Below, one piece after another: positions 55,321 through 64,000 of a stretch of 64,000 nt of DNA. The stretch spans positions 31,930,001 to 31,994,000 of the forward strand of contig OZ024746.1 in assembly GCA_964016885.1 (NCBI GenBank), given 5' to 3'. The stretch comes from Eledone cirrhosa. Taxonomy: Eukaryota. A program made the position numbers and the translations under genes. A model generated the notes under the pieces. It worked only from the letters and a program-made list of their open reading frames with translations. It was not told the DNA's origin and did no database searches. Each line of letters opens with the position of its first letter. The stretch's first letter is position 1.

Positions 55321-57212
55321 GGAATGATAGGGACCCCAGTCCCTATCATCTCATTTCTACAGCTGAGTAAACTGGAGCAATGTGAAATAAAGTGTCTTGC
55401 CCAAGGAAACAACACAAGACACTTTATTTCACATTATATATATATATATACTTACAGTAAACATTGATGCATTTCAATTAAAGCACACAACGTACTTTTT
55501 ACACAGGAATGACAGGGTATATTTAGAATAAAACAATGCAAAGTAGTTTCAGATGTTAAAGTCCTTTATTGATAAAGCTGTGATACATATTTCAATGACA
55601 ACAGTGGCCATGCAATTCTATCTAACCAGTGCCATGATCTCATCAGACAGCTTCTTACATAATAAGGTTACGTTCTCGTGGCAATCCAAATTAAAACAAC
55701 AAGGGAACGGACAAAGATGTTCTTGAAGCCTTCGCCTATCCCAATAAAGGACTTTAACAGCTGAAACTACTTTGTATTTTCTTTTATATATATCATCATC
55801 ATCATCATCATCGTTTTACGTCCGTTCTTCCATGTTAGCATAGGTTAGACGGGTTGTCCTGTTGTGGGCAGTGTCCGGTCGGCTGACTTGTCTTGCTCAT
55901 ACTGGAACTGATTCTGGCTATAATATAATAATCCTCATCAATAGCAAGAGCCTATGTATATATGCATTTTTTGAGCTCCTAGTTTTCATTAAGACATCTC
56001 TCTAGGAGAAAGTCACGCTGATATAAAACCTGCAACTTCATTTGCATCCAATGATGTAGACCAATTCTTTTTTGGGGGCAAATGCATTCAATGTTGAGTG
56101 AGTGGGACTGGCCCCATGCAAAGCTTTTCCTCATTTAAAAAAGCTTCAAGCACAGGCATTGCTTGATATGTGACATTTTTTGCAATGCATGGCATTGCTG
56201 GCCATAGCCAAGTCCCTAGCAGGACTAAAAAGCCACGTCTGTAACACTTATGCTTAAATATCAAACAATGGCATTACTTGAAAGTTTGCAGCCATCTTAT
56301 AAGAGTCAGTGGCCATACAAAAATGTGTAAATATGTATATACACATGTACATATGTATGTATATGTATGTGTACATGTGTATGTATATGCATGGGGACAT
56401 AGAAATAGTCAGGCTGGATACCCTATCGCGCAGTTAAACCACTGGGAGTGAAGGACACCTAGCCTTTGCTAGGGCATTCTTCTAGGAGAAGGCAACTCAG
56501 AAAACTGGGATAACACTGACATAGAACCTGCGACTCAGTAGTTACTTTTTGGGTTATAGCTACTTTCGCTCAGAGAGTGGGATTGGCTCAGTGCATAGTC
56601 TTTAATCACTTTAAAAAAAATGTTCATGCACAGGCATTGCACAATAAAATAAATTAACGATGGTATATCGTGCAATGGCCATACCCAATAATGAGGGGGC
56701 AGCCATCATCGTGTGTGTGTGTGTGTGTGTGTGCTTTTTTTTTTTTCTTTTTTCTTTTACATGTAGGTATTCCATCAAGTGCATGTCTTTGTCAGTTGCC
56801 ATGACAAGTTCTTTCCTAACCATATTTCTCCTGTCAGAACAGCCAACCACATATTTAGAAAACTCCTGAGTAACAAGCTACACAGCTTTAAATAAACTGC
56901 TACACTCCACTTTGATATTGACTACTTTTTGTCCTGTTTATTAAAGCCGTTTCTTGTTAGTTTGATAAACAGAGATCAATGAAATAGCTATTAGACTAAA
57001 ATACATACTGGGGTTGGTATGATGAAATGAACCTTTTAAAAGTAGTGTTCCAGCATGGCCACGGTCCAATGACTGAAAACAACTAAAATATTAAAAACAA
57101 AAAAAGAAAATAACACACAAGATATATTTGTTGTATTGTTTATTTGACTGTTGCTATGATTATTTCTGTTGATATTACAAGTGTTCAAGTTTGATCCAAC
57201 AGTTATGTTTGT

Positions 57213-57900
57213 GTTCATATTACAACTGTCCAGCTGTTGTTATGTCTATGTTCATATTACAACTGTCCAGCTGTTGTTATGTCTATGTTCATATTACAAC
57301 TGTCCAGCTGTTGTTATGACTATGTTCATATTACAACTGTCCAGTTGTTGTTATGACTATGTTCATATTATAAGTGTCCAGCTGTTGTTATGACTATGTT
57401 CATATTACAACTGTCCAGTTGTTGTTATGACTATGTTCATATTATAAGTGTCCAGCTGTTGTTATGTCTATGTTCATATTACAACTGTCCAGCTGTTGTT
57501 ATGACTATGTTCATATTACAACTGTCCAGTTGTTGTTGTGACTATGTTCATATTACAACTGTCCAGCTGTTGTTATGACTATGTTCATATTACAACTGTC
57601 CAGTTGTTGTTATGACTATGTTCATATTATAAGTGTCCAGCTGTTGTTATGACTATGTTCATATTACAACTGTCCAGTTGTTGTTATGACTATGTTCATA
57701 TTATAAGTGTCCAGCTGTTGTTATGTCTATGTTCATATTACAACTGTCCAGTTGTTATGACTATGTTCATATTATAAGTGTCCAGCTGTTGTTATGTCTA
57801 TGTTCATATTACAACTGTCCAGTTGTTGTTATGACTATGTTCATATTATAAGTGTCCAGCTGTTGTTATGACTATATAACAACTGTTCAACTGTTGTTAT
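57213..57900. repeat. 37-bp minisatellite (~18 copies)
   Basis: gttcatattacaactgtccagctgttgttatgactat repeated in tandem. Confidence 0.92.
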
Positions 57901-58777
57901 GGTGTTGTTCAGAAACAGACTGGCCACATGAGTATTTGAGCAATGGCTGATGGGCCACTGGTCTAGGTAAAAAAAAAAGTGAAAAACATTAATGAACATT
58001 GAGTCAAACTGATAGGTGTTGGTGCCTGGGTTTGTTTTAAGAACTGGTCAGCTTCTGGCTGTGTTGGTATGACAAGATCCTGTGTTGGTATTACAAGACC
58101 TTGTGTTACTATAGCTGTGTTGATATCATAAGACCTTGTGTTGCTATAGCTGTGTTGGTATTACATGACCCTGTGTTGATATTACAAGACCCAGTCTGCA
58201 CTAGCCATTTTGATATTACATCTGTCAAAGTATAGCAATGGCTGTGTTTCTATAGCTATATTGATATTACAAGACCCAGTCCACTTCTAGTGGTGCAGAT
58301 ATTACATGTGTCCAAATGTTGTAATGGCTGTGTTGATATTACAAGACTCAGTTATTTTTCAGTAATTTTTAAAATATCCAAGATTTGCAGAGATTTCTGT
58401 ACAACAATTTTGTCCTTATTAAACTGGTATTTAGGTAAAAAAAATACTCTTACATCAAATTTTGATGGGTAGTTTTGTATCAGAACTGTTGGTCAGATTG
58501 GTATCAAAAGAGTTAATAGTTATAGAGTGGAGACTAAAACTCCTGGGTATCTCACTCCCAGGACTTCACTTCAAGTTTCTTTTATGTCACTTATATCAAA
58601 AATTCTCTTGGAAAGACAGGAATGCAACCCATCTCTCTTGTCATCTTCCACTTGCAAATAGGAGTTTTAATCTCTATGTAAGAAATCAATATATATATAT
58701 ATATGTTTGTGTGTGTGTGTGTGTGTGCAAAAATCAAATATTCTTACACATTCTGTCGTTAATCTAGAAGCGATTCC

Positions 58778-59006
58778 TTAACCCTTTAGCATTTACATTA
58801 TTCTATATTTGCTATTACATTTTCAAGGTAAACACATTACCTCACATAATTATCTCACATAAAATTGAATCTATGAGATTTTGATATTATTTATTTTGAG
58901 AACAATACCTTAATGTCAGTATGAGTGGCCAGTTGGGGCCAGTTTGAACAGAAATAGGTTAGAGAATCCTGGCCAGACACAGCCGGTTTAAATGCTAAAG
59001 GGTTAA
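58778..59006. mobile_element. piggyBac-type MITE
   Basis: TTAA-CCCTTTAGCATTTA ... TAAATGCTAAAGGG-TTAA: 14-bp perfect TIRs with a TTAA target site. Confidence 0.88.
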
Positions 59007-59227
59007 AATACAGATATTTGCCAAGTTGTTTTTTGTTTGTGTATTTGTGAAGCTTATGTGAGAAGTCTTTTAATTTTTTAAATAACACAGAATAAGCTCT
59101 AGTCTTAGACCAATTTTTTTGATCTTTTAAATGTTTATTTTCATAGAACTTTGTTGTAGCATATATTTGGTGATTTATGAGCAGTCTCTATGGTGAATAG
59201 CATTAAATATTAAAAAACAAACAGAAT

Positions 59228-61239
59228 TTATAAAATTCTTTCCACGTAAATAGCAAAATATAATGTGCCTTTCTTATCTGAATATCCAACAATTAGTTTA
59301 GGAAAAAAACTTCCCTTCAAGTATCCGTCTGCAATGATATCATCAAGCTGAGACATTTCTACATTATTCTTGAAGATACCTTGTTTTGAAGAATCTTTCC
59401 TGAAAATTACTGAAAATCTTGGTCTCTTATATTTACTAGAAGTGTCTAAGTATGACATAACTCGCTGTGCCTTGGCATTTGATACAACACTATCAGTGAG
59501 GTCTTTCATGGAAATATCTATGTATTCTTCGTAATCTTTTACTGGTCTTTTTTCCAAAATGAAGCATACTTGGGGTTCTTGATCAATGTGGACAAAACTC
59601 TGAACCCTTGGAACAAAACCCTTCTCGTTATACACCTGAGCAAACAATTTGTAACACTGAGAATATTGACGAATTCCAAAACGGATATCAACTGGTTCTT
59701 CCTTTTCAGTATTAAATAGCGCCATATATCGGTTCTTGTCAGAATGTGAGTAACTAATGTAACTCTGTAATAAAGACAGATATATCCTCTTCTTGGAATA
59801 AACATTTTTGTAGTGCAGTAAAGACTTTTCATCAAGACCATGTTCTAAATAAAAGGAATTTATACTTTGATCAGGGTCAATTTTAGCAATCAAAGAGAAA
59901 TAGGATTCTCTGTTATACTCAAAAGCATTTATCCATTCTATTTTGAAATATTGATCTTTAATGGCATTGACATATGCTGAAATATGATGTTCAGACAGCT
60001 TGTATTTAATAATTTTTTCATTAACCCCAACATGTCCTATTCGAACATCAGCCAGATCATAAGAGAAATAATTAGCACCATTTTGTGACCATTCTTTAAA
60101 GTAATTCATGAATTTTTCAATCGGTAACTTTCTATTGCGACCTCCAACTAGTAACATTAGAAATGTTTCTGAAGATTTATGAGATAAACTATGTTCATTT
60201 TGAATTGTTTGTAAGAAGTTTCTCTGACACAAGAGCATACCATCAATTATACCATCTCCTTGCATACAAACTTGACCTTCTTTATTCACATTTAGGTTAG
60301 CACCAACCCAGAATTCAGTCTTCTTATTCATTTGTCTTGGTTTTGCCAAGAGATGTTTAATGGAGGATTTATTCAGTAACTGATGAGTCCCAGTATAATC
60401 CAAACACCGAAACAAGCGCATGATATCATAAACATTTGTATACCAACCATCAGTAAGGGAGACAACTTCTTTTTCTAGACGTAAAGAATAAGTAGTGTTA
60501 AAGTTTCCAACCAAGCTACGTTTAACCATATTTTTTATCTTATTTTCTCTCATGTGTTTTCCAAACCTTGTATGCCACATGCCACAAGGTTCCAGAATAT
60601 TCTTCCTTACAAACATTGGATAATCATAATTTTGTTTTTTCTCAATAATTTGGTCAAGGATTACATAACCAAGGTGAGAGTGAACTGACTTACTTCCCGG
60701 TTTGAAATGTAGTGGAACCGACATCATGTATCTGAAGATATCCTTCAGTTCAGCTTTTCTCTTTAATTGCATGATAGAAGTAATGTTTGGAATATGGTAG
60801 CCATTTTTTAAGTAGATAGAATTCAGAAGTGGATCAAACATTGGGGCCCTAGTTGAATCCCATCCCCCTGCATGTCGCAGGAGGTCATCTATTGTTATGT
60901 CATACAACCGTTTGTCAGTTCGAAAGATGCTCCACGGTCGTAAATGGTTCAAAATTCCATATTGACCAAAAACTTTATCAGTCAGATTCATTTTACCATT
61001 TTCAACCAATTTAAGAACAGACACAGCAGTCAGTAGTTTAGAGATATTTGAGGCAGGAAACAAGACCTCTGGGGCCATTTTAACATTATTCTGTGTACTA
61101 CCATAACCATGTGCATAGAGAAGTTTTCCTTCACGCATCAACGCAACAGATGCACCGCGATATTGATAGTTTTTCAGAAATTTCTGGAATGATTTGTCAA
61201 AGACTGCATTCTTCTCAAGACTTTCGCTTCCTCCAATTC
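59228..61239 (-). CDS. Terminal exon: beta-lactamase-related (serine hydrolase fold) domain plus five BTRD1-like repeats
   Basis: Acceptor ttttattttctgctcAG|GA at 61240, then an open frame of ~670 codons. Motifs GASVALMREGKLLYAHGYG, FPASNISK, ITIDDLLRHAGGWD, FKPGSKSVHSHLGY, ILEPCGM, GWYTNVYDIMR. Five ~50-aa repeats over ~60016-59228. AATAAA at 59134-59139. Upstream exon(s) not identified. Confidence 0.88.
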
Positions 61240-61419
61240 CTGAGCAGAAAATAAAACAGAAAAAAAGGAGATTAGTCAGTATAACAGGTACTTTAAATAA
61301 TATTTATACATTAAATAACATTTCTATATTAAAACTTAAAACAAAGATTTCTAAGTTGCATATTATGACATTTTAATGTGCCACTGATAATCTCTTGGCA
61401 TGTCACAACAGTTTAACCT

Positions 61420-61870
61420 GCCACAATACTTTAGTGTGTCACTAACAATCTCTAGATGTACCACAACACTTTAGTGTCACTAACAATCTCTAGATGTACC
61501 ACAACACTTTAGTGTCATTAATAATCTCTAGATGTTTCACAACACTTTAGTGTCATTAATAATCTCTAGATGTTTCACAACACTTTAGTGTCATTAATAA
61601 TCTCTAGATGTTTCACAACACTTTAGTGTCATTAATAATCTCTAGATGTACCACAACACTTTAGTGTCATTAATAATCTCTAGATGTACCACAACACTTT
61701 AGTGTCATTAATAATCTCTAGATGTACCACAACACTTTAGTGTCATTAATAATCTCTAGATGTTTCACAACACTTTAGTGTATCACAACAATTTCTAGGC
61801 GTTCCATAACACTTTAGTGTCACCAACACTTTTGTGTGTCACAACACTTTAGCGCCTCTAGCAATCTCTA
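61420..61870. repeat. 38-bp minisatellite (intronic)
   Basis: acaacactttagtgtcattaataatctctagatgtttc repeated in tandem. Confidence 0.9.
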
Positions 61871-62105
61871 GGTGTACCCACACACCTCTACTACTTGGGT
61901 ATTTAGCAGGGTAAATTAGCCCTAAAATGTGCCATTCCCATCTCCCAATAATCACACATATACATTTAAATATATATGCTTATATATATATATATATATT
62001 TATATATATACATATATATTTATATATATACATATATATTCAGTTCCCGTCCCACCCTTGCAAGCAGGGAAAAAGCGGACGTAAAATGAAATGAAATGAT
62101 GATAC

Positions 62106-62164
<59 letters not shown>

Positions 62165-62220
62165 TATATACATATTTATATATATATATACATATATATA
62201 TACATATATATATACATATT

Positions 62221-62295
<75 letters not shown>

Positions 62296-62329
62296 ACATA
62301 TATATGTATACATATATATTTATAAATAA

Positions 62330-62862
62330 ATAGCTTAGAGTTTAGACTCAGAGAGGTCATTTACAATCATTTCAGCTCTAGGAATCGCTTCTGAGCAGTA
62401 TAAATTAATATTTGATGAACATTTACATGTTATAGTTGCAATTGACTAATAAGATCGCTAGAGTGAAAAATCTTAATTCAACAACATAAGGTCTGCCTGT
62501 ACGATCTAGAAAATAATAAATCAATACTCACAGACTCATATGGGCAAAAAGCCTTGGTACCTAGTCACGTTTAAAATTCAAAATACAAACTTTTTCCGCA
62601 GATCGGTCAGAACTTCAAACTTCAAACATGTTTCACAATAATTAACTAATTAGCAGTGAGTTAATCAACTTTTTCTGTGTTTATCAATAGGTACCCAGAT
62701 ATCAATAGGCTTTTTGCCCATATGAGTCTGTGAGTATTGATTTATTATTTTCTAGATCGTACAGGCAGACCTTATGTTGTTGAATTAAGATTTTTCACTC
62801 TAGCGATCTTATTAGTCAATTGCAACTATAACATGTAAATGTTCATCAAATATTAATTTATA
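62330..62862. mobile_element. Fold-back element with 156-bp inverted arms, flanked by (TA)n
   Basis: 62399-62554 is the reverse complement of 62707-62862, with a 152-nt spacer. Homologous to 35130-35481. Confidence 0.8.
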
Positions 62863-64000
62863 TATTTATATATATTTATATATATATACATATATATGTA
62901 TACATATATATTTATATATATTTACATATATATGTATACATATATATTTATATATATTTATATATATATACATATATATATACATATTTATATATATACA
63001 TATTTATATATATACATATATATATACATATATATATACATATATATATACATATTTATATATATATATATATACATATATATATACATATATATTTATA
63101 TATATTTATATATATATATACATATAGGCATCTCTAACAAAATACACCCCCGTCCCACCCCATCCACACCGCCCCCTTCAATGCAAAGTTATGTTGGTGC
63201 CACAACATCCAGGCCGAAACAAACGAGATCGTGTAGGTGTCACGACAAAAAAACACACAGTCCACGCTGTAATGTGACCGTGTAGGCAACACGGTAAAAA
63301 CCTCACAGTCCCACACTGTAAATGTGGTTGGTGTTAGGAAGGGCATCCAGCTGTAGAAAACACGCCAGACAGTCCACGCTGTAATGTGGCCGTGTAGGCA
63401 ACACGGTAAAAACCTCCCAGCCCCACACTGTAAATGTGGTTGGTGTTAGGAAGGGCATCCAGCTGTAGAAAACCCGCCAGACAGTCCTATGCGAGCAAGA
63501 CAACCACTCTTGCCTCAAGTGGGAAAACCCCCGTCCAAACCCATGCAAGCGTGGAACAGGGACGTTAAACGATGATGATGATGATGATGATACATATATA
63601 TTTATATATATTTATATATATTTATATATATATATATACATATATATACACATATATATTTATATATATTTATATATATATATACATATATATACATATG
63701 TATTTATATATATTTATATATATATATATACATATATATATACATATATATTTATATATATTTATATATATATATATACATATATATATACATATATATT
63801 TATATATATTTATATATATATATACATACATATATATATACATAATTAATACAATAACAGAGATAGTTTAAAGCTAAACTCTGACTGGTAACCATCTCAC
63901 TCAACAAACATTAGGTTATATTTTAATATAATCCCAATTTAAGTGTTTGGGGTGCTAACAATATGTATTATGTGGAAAAGCCAATTTATATATATATATA

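Noticed and set aside
55539-55774. 33-bp inverted repeat pair
   Set aside because: Probably a small MITE or PLE fragment, but there is no TSD or second copy here to classify it.
59228-61239. Bacterial contamination or an antibiotic-resistance gene
   Set aside because: It has a spliceosomal acceptor, a poly(A) signal, host-like AT content, host repeats on both sides, and degenerate catalytic motifs.

Overview
AT-rich, microsatellite-saturated animal genomic DNA. The SINE and MITE sequences resemble those I associate with coleoid cephalopods, most likely Octopus; this is pattern recognition, not a database result. Two host genes are supported, both on the minus strand. (1) A strongly divergent two-exon beta-tubulin (26829-26308 + 25332-24565, 429 aa) starts MKEI instead of MREI and stops just before the acidic C-terminal tail, whose eroded remnant lies out of frame behind the stop. 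(2) A 2-kb terminal exon (61239-59228) encodes a beta-lactamase/serine-hydrolase-fold domain with altered catalytic motifs (NxxK, HxH), followed by five ~50-aa repeats resembling BTRD1/polyglycine-hydrolase repeats. The rest is mobile DNA: a near-full-length frameshifted L1/Tx1 LINE, an RTE LINE ending in three C2H2 fingers, CRE and Gypsy fragments, many tRNA-SINEs, TcMar and piggyBac MITEs, and minisatellites. The most striking non-coding pattern is at least six different minimal type-I hammerhead-ribozyme-like motifs. Most are followed by AATAAA, a short tail and a TA- or CA-rich microsatellite. They are associated with near-perfect inverted repeats and palindromes, which suggests a dense population of Penelope-like or retrozyme-like elements. 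Nearly all short ORFs in the track are microsatellite artefacts.
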